DNA from: Clostridia bacterium
Lineage (GTDB): Bacteria > Bacillota > Clostridia > UBA1212 > UBA1255
Direction of reading: 5' to 3'
Length of the DNA stretch: 64,000 nt
Assembly (NCBI GenBank): GCA_017620915.1
Contig: JAFZSK010000051.1
Coordinates: forward strand, 24,215-88,214
The translations under genes and the position numbers were made by a program. The notes under the pieces were generated by a model. That model saw nothing but the letters and a program-made list of their open reading frames with translations, did not search any database and was not told the DNA's origin. Every line of letters begins with the position of its first letter. The stretch's first letter is position 1. Below, in pieces: positions 47,119-55,382 of this stretch.

Positions 47119-48303
47119 ATGGCCCGATTCAGAAAAAGCAATTCACAGATCGTCAATAAAGACGAGCACCGTCTGTTCCGTGAGATATCCGTTACCAAAC
47201 CGGTGGATTATCTCATGGAATTTGACTATTTTCTGCTGATCATCGCGCTGGCGATCACGGTCATCGGGCTGATCTACCTGGGCAGCGCCATGAGCAATAT
47301 GTACGCGGACGGCGGCGCGTCGGCAATGAAGTCGCAGATCGTCGGCCTCGTCATCGGCGTGGTCCTGGCGCTGGTGCTGGCGTTTTTTGACTACGACCTG
47401 CTGAAAAAGATCACCTGGCCGTTTTTCGCGTTCAACGTGCTGCTGATGCTCAGCGTTTTCACACCGCTCGGCATCGAAGATTACGGCAGCCGGTCCTGGA
47501 TTGGCATCGGCAGTTTCACGTATCAGCCCTCCGAACTTATGAAGCTGGCAATGGTCCTGGTTATCGCCATCGAACTCGAAAAAGCGCAGGAGGAAGGCTT
47601 CAATTTCCGCCGCGTGCTGATCATTTCCGCCGCGTTTCTGGTGCCCCTCGGCCTGATCATCCTGCAGAAGGATATGGGTCAGGCGATGGTGCTGACCTTC
47701 GCGTTTTTAATGGTGTTGTTCGTGGGGCGGGCGAAGTGGTGGTATGTGTTGTCCGTGCTCGCGCTGGGCGGGGCGGCAATACCGTTCCTCTGGAAATTCT
47801 TCCTCAACGGCACGCGGCGGGCAAGGCTGTTTGCGTTTATTGACCCCGAAAAGTATCCGGATTACTCGCTCCAGCTGATCCGTTCGGAGACGGCGATCGG
47901 CTCGGGCGGCCTCACCGGCCAGGGCGTCGGGCAGGGGGCAATGAACAGCGGCAAAAAGATCCTGGTCAAAATGTCCGACTCGATCTTCGCCGTGATCGGC
48001 GAGGAGGGCGGCTTTATTATCGCCGCGCTGGTGGTAATATTGTTCGCGATCCTGCTGCTCCGGATGTGCTACATTTCGGCGCGGGCGCGGGACATGTTCG
48101 GCAAGTGTGTTGCCGCCGGCATCCTGGCGATGTTCCTGTTCAACATTTTTGAAAATATCGGTATGAATCTGGGCATAATGCCCATCACCGGCCTGCCGCT
48201 GCCGTTCATCAGCAAAGGCGGCAGCGCCATGATCACCAACTATATCTGTATCGGTCTGCTTTTGTCCGTGTCGCTGCGGCGGAAACGGGAGTTCTTCGAA
48301 TAA
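47119..48303 (+). CDS. FtsW/RodA/SpoVE (SEDS) family peptidoglycan polymerase
   Basis: ~10 TM helices. SEDS motifs GSRSWIGIGSFTYQPSE and PFISKGGSAMITN. Confidence 0.8.
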   Translation: MARFRKSNSQIVNKDEHRLFREISVTKPVDYLMEFDYFLLIIALAITVIGLIYLGSAMSNMYADGGASAMKSQIVGLVIGVVLALVLAFFDYDLLKKITWPFFAFNVLLMLSVFTPLGIEDYGSRSWIGIGSFTYQPSELMKLAMVLVIAIELEKAQEEGFNFRRVLIISAAFLVPLGLIILQKDMGQAMVLTFAFLMVLFVGRAKWWYVLSVLALGGAAIPFLWKFFLNGTRRARLFAFIDPEKYPDYSLQLIRSETAIGSGGLTGQGVGQGAMNSGKKILVKMSDSIFAVIGEEGGFIIAALVVILFAILLLRMCYISARARDMFGKCVAAGILAMFLFNIFENIGMNLGIMPITGLPLPFISKGGSAMITNYICIGLLLSVSLRRKREFFE

Positions 48304-48305
48304 TT

Positions 48306-48389
48306 GCAAATGGCAAATGGCAAAGGGCAAATGCTGAAAATCGGATGATGGCGCCGTACCTCAACTTAAAACTTAAAACTTATAACTTT
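48306..48389. repeat. Heptamer arms: GCAAATG x4, 27-bp spacer, inverted YAAGTTN x4
   Basis: gcaaatg gcaaatg gcaaagg gcaaatg ... caactta aaactta aaactta taacttt. The array supplies the last codons (FLKL*) of the minus-strand amidohydrolase gene. Confidence 0.85.
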
Positions 48390-49180
48390 AAAAAATTTAC
48401 TGCGTTTTCGTGCAGTATCAGCCTGCGCTCCTCCGGCGTGAGCGGCAGTTTGTTGAAGCGCTCCATCTCGCCCCGGTGGTTCCACATGGGGGAGTCGGTG
48501 CCGAAGAACACGCGGGAGACGCCATGGGCGCGGATGATATTGACCGCCTGTTCCGGCGGCACGAACATCAGCGCGCTGGAGGTGTCAATGTACACCCGGG
48601 GGTTGCCGTAATTGACCGCGGCATCCACCCAGTCCCGGTACCCGCCGAGGTGGGCGGCAATTGCCACCAGCTTCGGAAACCGCTCCAGCACACGCGCCAG
48701 GCGCTTGGGGCTTGAGAAATCGTACCGGTCGTCGCCGGTGTGGAACAGTATGGGCAGGCGGCCTTCCGCGGCTTCATAGATTGGGAACGCGCGCTCGTCG
48801 TCAATGTTGAACTTCTGAAAATCCGGGTGCAGCTTGATCCCGCGCAGCCCCAGCGACAGCATGCGGTCAATTTCCGCCGCCACATCCTCATAGTCCGGAT
48901 GCAGCGATCCGAAACCGATAAATTCGGGGTGCAGTCCGGCTTCGCGGGCAACGAAATTGTTGATCGACTCCACCTGATGCGCGGTGGTGGCGGTGGAGCA
49001 CACCAGGTATTTGCTCACGCCGACCGGCCGGCCGTCTTCGAGCAGATATTCGGACGTGCCTTTGTTCTGCATCGGTATATCGTAGAATGCGCCTATGGCG
49101 CTTACCGCTTTCTCCTCGATCTTATCGGGGAAGATGTGGCAGTGCATGTTAATGATGTTTTCGCGTTTCCGTCTTGCCAT
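48380..49180 (-). CDS. Amidohydrolase-2 family TIM-barrel metal-dependent hydrolase
   Basis: 266 aa. MHCHIF and HxH metal site. GIKLHPDFQ and ILFHTGDD are motifs of the PF04909-like family. SD GAGGG precedes the first ATG. Confidence 0.7.
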   Translation of the reverse strand: MARRKRENIINMHCHIFPDKIEEKAVSAIGAFYDIPMQNKGTSEYLLEDGRPVGVSKYLVCSTATTAHQVESINNFVAREAGLHPEFIGFGSLHPDYEDVAAEIDRMLSLGLRGIKLHPDFQKFNIDDERAFPIYEAAEGRLPILFHTGDDRYDFSSPKRLARVLERFPKLVAIAAHLGGYRDWVDAAVNYGNPRVYIDTSSALMFVPPEQAVNIIRAHGVSRVFFGTDSPMWNHRGEMERFNKLPLTPEERRLILHENAVNFLKL

Positions 49181-49193
49181 ATTGCCCTCAATT

Positions 49194-49236
49194 CATTTGC
49201 CCTTTGCCCATTAATTTGCCATTTGCCATTTGCCAT
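49194..49236. repeat. Inverted copy of the GCAAATG heptamer run
   Basis: catttgc cctttgc ... atttgcc atttgcc atttgcc is the reverse complement of the run at 48306. Together they bracket the amidohydrolase gene. Confidence 0.85.
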
Positions 49237-50039
49237 TATATTGTAATTGTCATCCCGTCCTGTGCCGGCGTGACCCCCAGCGGCGCCAGCTTTTTGACCA
49301 GTGTTTGATGATCCGTGTGCAGCGTCCGGGCCATGTGGGACGTGTAATAGCGCACATCGGGGGCAAAACAGTCGTATTTCCGGAACATCCGGAGCATCAG
49401 TTCCAGCATTTCGATGGTGTTGTGCTCGAAGATGCGCCAGTCGTCCGCTGCCGGCTCGCCGCAGGTGTCTTCCAGGACCAGAACATTGACCGGGAGCGTT
49501 TTTATCACGTTCCAGGATTCGGTAGGGATCCACGCACTGTCGCAGCCGTAGTACAGAATGCGACGCTCCGGCTCCGTTTCTTCGATGATGTACAGGCGGG
49601 TGGTCTCGGCGCTGTCGTCGGTGGCGTGGTTGCTGCGTAAGGGGCGGACAGCGTAGCTGTCGATGCGGTACGGCTCCGGCATCCGGACAAAAGTTTCGCG
49701 GAAGTCGATCTGCGCGGCCTTTTCGGGACCGAGCGTCCGTTCAAGTATGCGCAGACACGCCCGGTCGCCCCATAGCGTGCACGGCCTGCCGAAGCAGAGT
49801 TTCTCTACTGTTGCGGGACAAAAGTGGTCCGCGTGGGTATGGGTGACAATGATGTTTCGTACGCCGTCGAACATTTCCGGCCGGCCTGTGCTCCGGGCAA
49901 AGTGGAAAATGTGCGGTCCGGGGTCGATCAGCAGATCATCGTTCACTAATGCCGCCGAAAACCGCCGAAACTCTTTGTCCGGTTCGTACGCGTTGATGTC
50001 CCAGTCCGCCGCGCCGGTGCCCAAGAATGTCAATTTCAT
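49236..50039 (-). CDS. MBL-fold metallo-hydrolase
   Basis: MKLTFLGTGAA and the VTHTHADH metal-binding motif. Confidence 0.75.
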   Translation of the reverse strand: MKLTFLGTGAADWDINAYEPDKEFRRFSAALVNDDLLIDPGPHIFHFARSTGRPEMFDGVRNIIVTHTHADHFCPATVEKLCFGRPCTLWGDRACLRILERTLGPEKAAQIDFRETFVRMPEPYRIDSYAVRPLRSNHATDDSAETTRLYIIEETEPERRILYYGCDSAWIPTESWNVIKTLPVNVLVLEDTCGEPAADDWRIFEHNTIEMLELMLRMFRKYDCFAPDVRYYTSHMARTLHTDHQTLVKKLAPLGVTPAQDGMTITI

Positions 50040-50132
50040 ACTGCGCCGCCTCCGCTCTGACCGCCCGATGCGGTCAACGCAGACTATACCACCATTGGAC
50101 GCCGCCCGTCAATCATTATAGATTTTTACACA

Positions 50133-50318
50133 AATAGAATTAGGCTTTTATCTTGTGGGAATTAGGCTTTTTCCTTTGTAGAATCAGAGAATGAGAGAAT
50201 TGAGGTGTCGCCTTCGGAGACGATATCACACGCAAGGAAGTCGCTTCACCGCACCGCTCGTGAGATCCGCGGCCAGCCGGCCGCTCCGTAATTCTCTAAT
50301 TCCCCAATTGCAATTTCC
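50133..50318. repeat. Composite element 3: GAATTAGG-type iterons, GC-rich core (50207-50288) with inverted GAGATCCGCGG, then an imperfectly inverted AT-rich arm
   Basis: The left arm units are aatagaattagg / gggaattaggc / gagaattgagg. Core reverse complement ggccgcggatctcacgagcggtgcggtgaagcg matches the core of element 2 at 21 of 23 nt. The right arm is taattctctaattccccaattgcaatttcc. Confidence 0.85.
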
Positions 50319-50337
50319 CGCCGTTTTTGTGTATAAT
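50308..50337 (+). promoter_or_regulatory. Promoter of the tlpA operon
   Basis: TTGCAA-18 nt-TATAAT (TG adjacent) directly after element 3. SD GGAGG then a TTG start at 50361. Confidence 0.45.
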
Positions 50338-50360
50338 CCGGGGCAGAGGAGGCGATCAGC

Positions 50361-50939
50361 TTGAAACGAACGAAACCGGTGAAAGTGCTGGCGATTTTAT
50401 GTGCGGCGATGATGCTGCTCTTCGCGGCGTCGTGCGACAAACTGAAGCAGTTATACAACGGGATCAAAGATGAGATCGACGATCTGGCAAATCAGATCCA
50501 GGAAGAAGACGGCAGCGATGCCGGCAAGCGCGGCACGTACGATTTCGTTTCGCATGATATTGACGGAAACGAAGTAAAGTTGGCCGATTTTGCCTCCGCA
50601 AAAGTCATAATGCTCAATTACTGGGAGCCTTGGTGCCCGCCCTGCATCCGCGAGCTGCCCGAGCTGGAAAAGCTCTATGAGGCGTACAAGGACAAAGGTC
50701 TGGTCATCGTCGGCGTGTTCGAATCCACGGATATGGATGCCGACGCGCGCCGGCTGATCAGCCAGAACGGGCTCACGTACCCGATCGTACGCTACGAAGA
50801 TGCGCTCAAGAATTACAGCGCCTCCGCGGTGCCCACGACGCTGTTCGTGGACGCGAGCGGCAATCTGCTCGCCAAAGAAGTAGTCGGCGCCAACGACTAC
50901 GACGGCTGGAAAGCGCTCGTTGACAGCCTGCTGGGCTGA
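50361..50939 (+). CDS. TlpA/ResA-like thiol-disulfide oxidoreductase lipoprotein
   Basis: Lipobox FAASC. Thioredoxin active site WCPPC. Confidence 0.8.
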   Translation: MKRTKPVKVLAILCAAMMLLFAASCDKLKQLYNGIKDEIDDLANQIQEEDGSDAGKRGTYDFVSHDIDGNEVKLADFASAKVIMLNYWEPWCPPCIRELPELEKLYEAYKDKGLVIVGVFESTDMDADARRLISQNGLTYPIVRYEDALKNYSASAVPTTLFVDASGNLLAKEVVGANDYDGWKALVDSLLG

Positions 50940-50947
50940 GGCCTGCC

Positions 50948-51133
50948 ATGAAGACGCGGGCGGACCGGAAGCCGGAAGACGGCAATAAAAAGCGGATCGT
51001 GCGGATCGTTGTCCCCGCGCTGCTGATCGCGGCGGCGCTGGCGTTGATCGCCGTCGGCATCGCGTCAAAGCAGCTCACCGCCGTCTGGAGCAAGGCGGCC
51101 AAACTGTGTCTGGAGTGTGTGGGAATTGGCTAG
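50948..51133 (+). CDS. Small single-TM ORF, possibly the frameshifted N-terminus of the downstream 4Fe-4S protein
   Basis: 61 aa. KRIVRIVVPALLIAAALALIAVGI resembles the N-terminal helix of NapH/YccM-like proteins. Overlaps the downstream GTG-start ORF by 17 nt in another frame. Confidence 0.3.
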   Translation: MKTRADRKPEDGNKKRIVRIVVPALLIAAALALIAVGIASKQLTAVWSKAAKLCLECVGIG

Positions 51134-52544
51134 GGGAAAGTCGCGCAGAACTGAACTCGGGTCTGTCCCCCGTACAAAACACCGCCCTGCAGCGTTTTTT
51201 CAGCGTTACCGCCTGGTGTTTCAGGGCCTCGCCGCGCTCATTCAGAACGCAAATTTCAAAGGCTTCTTCACCGGCAAGCCCTTTACCGGCGCCTCCAAAG
51301 CCGTGTGCGTGCCCGGACTCAACTGCTACTCCTGCCCCGGCGCAGTCGGCGCGTGCCCGATCGGTTCGCTGCAGAGCTTCCTTAATTCCAAGAAATTCCG
51401 GTTTCCGTACTATGTGCTGGGGCTACTGATCTTCTTCGGCGCGCTGCTGGGCCGCGCGGTGTGCGGTTTCCTGTGCCCCTTCGGCCTGCTGCAGGATCTC
51501 ATCCATAAGATCCCGTTTTTCAAGAAGATCCGCACGTTCAAAGGCGACCGGCTGCTGCGCAAACTGAAATACGCGGTGCTGATCGTGACGGTGATCGTAT
51601 TGCCGCTCATTTTCAAACTGGTGCCGGTATTCTGCAAATACATCTGTCCGTCGGGGACAATATCCGGCCTGCTCGTGGGCATCGCGGACTCGTCCATTGG
51701 CCGGCTGTTCGGTGGTCAATTCATGTGGAAACTCTGCATCCTCGGCATCATCGTGCTGCTCTCGCTCTTGATCTACCGGCCGTTCTGCAAATACCTGTGC
51801 CCGCTGGGAGCGTTTTATGCGCCCTTCAACAAGATCTCCGCCGTACGGCTGGACGTGGACAATACCAAATGCGTCTCCTGCGGCGCCTGCGCGAGGGCGT
51901 GCGGCATGGGCGTTGACCCCACAATAAGCCCGGACGACACCGAGTGCATCCGCTGCGGCGAGTGTGCGCTCCATTGCCCCCGGTCCGCGATCCGCATCGG
52001 TTTCGGCGCGCCGCTAAAGCGCACGATCGCGGACAATGCCGAAGGAAAAGAACCGCTCGGCAGCAAAGTGATCATACTGGGTCCGTCCGGCAGCGGCAAG
52101 AGCACGTTCGCCCGCCGGCTGCACGCGCTGACCGGCCTTGCTCTATACCATCTGGACAACATCTGGTGGAGACCCGACCGGACGCACATATCCCGCGAGG
52201 AGTTTGACGCGGAACTGGCCAAACTGCTGGAGGGGGAGAAGTGGATCATCGACGGCGACTACAGCCGGACGTACGAGCCCCGGATCGCCGCCTGCGACAC
52301 CGTGTTTTTACTGGATTACAGCGAGGAGCAGTGCCTGGACGGCATTAAGGCGCGCGTGGGCAAAACGCGGAGCGATATACCCTGGACCGAGCAGGAGCTT
52401 GATCCCGAGCTGGTGGAGGACATCCGCAATTACGGCTCGGTCAAACGCCCGGTCCTTTATTCGCTGCTCCGAAAGTATTCGGACAAACGGATCATCGTCT
52501 TCAAAACGCGGGCAGAGTCTGAGGATTGGATCTCAAAAGTGTAA
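51117..52544 (+). CDS. NapH/YccM-like membrane 4Fe-4S binding protein fused to a P-loop NTPase (adenylate-kinase/FlaR-like) domain
   Basis: VCVPGLNCYSCPGAVGACPIG, CGFLCPFGLLQD and KYLCPLGAFY, plus CVSCGACARAC ... CIRCGECALHCP ferredoxin clusters. C-terminus: Walker A GPSGSGKST and a DGDYSRT ... kinase-like fold. GTG start. Confidence 0.6.
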   Translation: MWELARGKSRRTELGSVPRTKHRPAAFFQRYRLVFQGLAALIQNANFKGFFTGKPFTGASKAVCVPGLNCYSCPGAVGACPIGSLQSFLNSKKFRFPYYVLGLLIFFGALLGRAVCGFLCPFGLLQDLIHKIPFFKKIRTFKGDRLLRKLKYAVLIVTVIVLPLIFKLVPVFCKYICPSGTISGLLVGIADSSIGRLFGGQFMWKLCILGIIVLLSLLIYRPFCKYLCPLGAFYAPFNKISAVRLDVDNTKCVSCGACARACGMGVDPTISPDDTECIRCGECALHCPRSAIRIGFGAPLKRTIADNAEGKEPLGSKVIILGPSGSGKSTFARRLHALTGLALYHLDNIWWRPDRTHISREEFDAELAKLLEGEKWIIDGDYSRTYEPRIAACDTVFLLDYSEEQCLDGIKARVGKTRSDIPWTEQELDPELVEDIRNYGSVKRPVLYSLLRKYSDKRIIVFKTRAESEDWISKV

Positions 52545-52563
52545 ACTGATTTTGTATGCGTAT

Positions 52564-52595
52564 TGCTTGACATTTGCAAGCAAAAGATGTATAAT
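52564..52595 (+). promoter_or_regulatory. relBE promoter with overlapping operator palindrome
   Basis: TTGACA(52567-72)-17 nt-TATAAT(52590-95). The inverted repeat TTGCTTG-n6-CAAGCAA (52564-52583) straddles the -35. Confidence 0.55.
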
Positions 52596-52626
52596 ATTGT
52601 CGAAATCGGAAAGGATGGTGACTATT

Positions 52627-52932
52627 ATGGCAAATACTGCAGCTGTTTATGCACGTATCGATCCCAAATTGAAAAGCGATGCGGAGGAGATCCTATCAGA
52701 GCTCGGCTTAACGCCGTCATCTGTCGTGCAGATGCTTTACAGTCAAATCAGGCTTACCAGAAGTGTGCCTTTTGAAATCAAACTGCCTCCGCGGACGCCG
52801 GTTTCTGTTGCAGATTTAACGAACGAACAATTATCCGCAGAATTGCAAAAGGGCGTGGATTCGATAAAAGCGGGGAAAGTCCATTCGGCAGAAGAAGTTG
52901 ACGCTATTTTGCGGAAGGAGTTTGGGATCTGA
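52627..52932 (+). CDS. RelB/DinJ family antitoxin
   Basis: AAVYARIDPKLKSDAEEILSELGLTPSSVVQMLYSQI is a DinJ-type ribbon-helix-helix. Its stop overlaps the toxin ATG (ATGA). The long track ORF 52138..52932 is an out-of-frame upstream extension. Confidence 0.7.
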   Translation: MANTAAVYARIDPKLKSDAEEILSELGLTPSSVVQMLYSQIRLTRSVPFEIKLPPRTPVSVADLTNEQLSAELQKGVDSIKAGKVHSAEEVDAILRKEFGI

Positions 52933-53249
52933 TGGAGAGTTATCAAGTCCTTTATTCTGATGAAGCACTCGATGATCTGCGAGAGATCTACTCTTATATT
53001 GCTTTTGTGTTGAAAGAACCGCTCGTAGCGACAAGGCTTATTCAGCGTATACGAAAAGAAATCCAAACGCTTGGCCTTTTTCCGGATAAGTATCACGTTG
53101 TGACTATTGAGACAATGCGTTTGCTGGGCATGCGGCAAAAAACGGTCGGTAATTTTGTGATTTTTTATCTGACCGATTACAATAACCGGGCTGTCAACAT
53201 TGTCCGCGTACTCTACGGAAGACGCAATTTAAACGAGATAATTAAATAG
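52932..53249 (+). CDS. RelE/ParE family type II toxin
   Basis: 105 aa. DDLREIYSYI ... NFVIFY ... VNIVRVLYGRRNL is the RelE/ParE fold. Confidence 0.75.
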   Translation: MESYQVLYSDEALDDLREIYSYIAFVLKEPLVATRLIQRIRKEIQTLGLFPDKYHVVTIETMRLLGMRQKTVGNFVIFYLTDYNNRAVNIVRVLYGRRNLNEIIK

Positions 53250-53353
53250 TCCGGTTTGCATATTTAAACTGAAAATGATACAATATTGGACATCCCGGAC
53301 CGCCCGGAAACGGCCGGCGGACGGGTGTATATGACCGGGGAGGGACCCTTGAT

Positions 53354-55357
53354 ATGGCTGAAAAAAACAAGACTTATTACATCACGACACCGATCTATTA
53401 TCCCAGCGGGAACATGCATATAGGACATTCGTATACGACCGTCGCCGCCGACGCGGAAGCCAGGTACAGACGCCTTAAAGGGTACGACGTGATGTTCCTC
53501 ACCGGTACGGACGAACACGGGCAGAAGATACAGCGCAAAGCCGCGGAAAAAGGCGTCACGCCGAAGGAGTACGTGGACGAGATCGTTGCCAATACCAAAG
53601 AGCTCTGGAAGCTGATGAACGTCACCAACGACCGGTTCATCCGCACCACCGACGATTTTCATGTTGCCGCCGTACAGAAGATATTTAAACGCCTGTACGA
53701 TCAGGGAGACATATATAAGAGCGAGTACGAGGGCTGGTACTGCACGCCCTGCGAGTCCTTCTGGACTGAGACGCAGCTGGTGGACGGCAAGTGCCCCGAC
53801 TGCGGCCGCCCCGTGGAGCGCACCCGCGAAGAAAGCTATTTCTTCCGCCTTTCCAAATATCAGCAGCGCATAATCGACTACATCGAGAGCCATCCCGACT
53901 TCATACAGCCCGTATCCCGCAAGAACGAGATGCTGAACAACTTCCTGCGGCCCGGACTGGAAGACCTGTGCGTGTCCAGAACGTCCTTCGACTGGGGCAT
54001 CCCGGTCACCTTCGATCAGAAGCATGTGGTGTACGTGTGGGTGGACGCGCTCTCCAACTACATCACGGCGCTGGGATACGCGAGCGACGACGACAGCGCG
54101 TTCAAAAAGTACTGGCCGGCGCAGGTGCATCTGGTGGGCAAAGAGATCGTACGCTTCCATACCATCATCTGGCCCGCGCTGCTGATGGCGCTGGATCTGC
54201 CGCTTCCGGAGCAGGTGTACGGGCACGGCTGGCTGCTTATTGACGGCGGCAAGATGTCCAAGTCCAAGGGCAACGTCGTTGACCCCCGCATCCTCTGCGC
54301 CAAATACGGCTGCGACGCGATCCGCTATTTCCTGCTGCGCGAAGTGCCCTTCGGCGCGGACGGCGTGTTCACGAACGAAGCGCTGATCGGCCGCATCAAC
54401 GCGGACCTGGCCAACGACCTGGGCAACCTGGTATCGCGCTCGGTGTCGATGCAGCTCAAATATTTCGGCGGCGTGCAGCCGGCGGACAAGACCTTTGCGG
54501 CTCCGGATGAAGAGATCCGCGGTCTTTTTGCGGAGATCTACGCCAACGTGCAGACGCAGATGGACGCGCTCCAGTTCCCCTCGGCGCTCACCGAGATCTG
54601 GCGCGGAGTGTCGCGGCTGAATAAGTTCATTGACGAAACGGCGCCGTGGGTACTGGCCAAGACCGCCGATACTTCCGACGCGGACCGGGCGCGGCTCGCG
54701 GGCGTGATGTACACGCTGCTGGAAGGCATCCGAATCATATCCATACTGATCGAACCGTTCATGCCCGAGACGCCGGCGAAGATCCGGGCGCAGCTGGGCA
54801 TTGCCGGCCGGCACGAGCTGACCGCGTGGGAAAGCGCGGCGCAGTGGGGCGTGTACCCCGACGGTACCGCCGTGCAGAAGGGTGAGGCACTGTTCCCGCG
54901 CATTGACGCCAAAAAGGAACTGGAAGAGCTGGAGCGGATCCATCAGGAAGCCAAAGCGGCGGCAACGCAGACCGGCGCCCCCGCGAAAGAGGCCGGCGGC
55001 AGCGCGGCTCCGGCGGCGGGTGAGGACAACGCCAACCTGATCACCATTGACGACTTCGCCAAAGTGCAGATGAAGGTGGCGGAAGTTATTGCCGCCGAAA
55101 AAGTGCCGGATTCGGACAAACTTCTGAAACTCAGGCTGAACGTAGGCGCCGAAACGCGCCAGGTGGTATCCGGCATTGCGAAACAGTACAGCCCGGAAGA
55201 AATGGTGGGCAAGAAAGTGATCCTGATCACCAACCTGCAGCCCGCGGTGCTGCGCGGCGTGGAGTCGCAGGGCATGATCCTGGCCGCGACCAAGGGCAAA
55301 AAGCTGGTGCTCGTCACCGTGGACGGCGACATTCCGGCGGGCGCGGCGATCAGCTGA
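53354..55357 (+). CDS. metG: Methionine--tRNA ligase with C-terminal tRNA-binding domain
   Basis: HIGH motif YPSGNMHIGH, KMSKS motif, zinc knuckles CTPCESF ... CPDCG, and a C-terminal EMAP-like domain. Confidence 0.9.
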   Translation: MAEKNKTYYITTPIYYPSGNMHIGHSYTTVAADAEARYRRLKGYDVMFLTGTDEHGQKIQRKAAEKGVTPKEYVDEIVANTKELWKLMNVTNDRFIRTTDDFHVAAVQKIFKRLYDQGDIYKSEYEGWYCTPCESFWTETQLVDGKCPDCGRPVERTREESYFFRLSKYQQRIIDYIESHPDFIQPVSRKNEMLNNFLRPGLEDLCVSRTSFDWGIPVTFDQKHVVYVWVDALSNYITALGYASDDDSAFKKYWPAQVHLVGKEIVRFHTIIWPALLMALDLPLPEQVYGHGWLLIDGGKMSKSKGNVVDPRILCAKYGCDAIRYFLLREVPFGADGVFTNEALIGRINADLANDLGNLVSRSVSMQLKYFGGVQPADKTFAAPDEEIRGLFAEIYANVQTQMDALQFPSALTEIWRGVSRLNKFIDETAPWVLAKTADTSDADRARLAGVMYTLLEGIRIISILIEPFMPETPAKIRAQLGIAGRHELTAWESAAQWGVYPDGTAVQKGEALFPRIDAKKELEELERIHQEAKAAATQTGAPAKEAGGSAAPAAGEDNANLITIDDFAKVQMKVAEVIAAEKVPDSDKLLKLRLNVGAETRQVVSGIAKQYSPEEMVGKKVILITNLQPAVLRGVESQGMILAATKGKKLVLVTVDGDIPAGAAIS

Positions 55358-55382
55358 GCGCCGATCATTCCGGTTCCGAAAC

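Noticed and set aside
52138-52626. Long upstream extension of the RelB/DinJ ORF (track ORF 52138..52932)
   Set aside because: It overlaps the 3' end of the upstream gene and the relBE promoter. The start at 52627 follows the promoter and an SD.
53250-53353. T-box leader upstream of metG
   Set aside because: The leader is only ~100 nt. It lacks the specifier-loop/T-box consensus (AATTAGGGTGGNACCGCG) and the antiterminator/terminator architecture.
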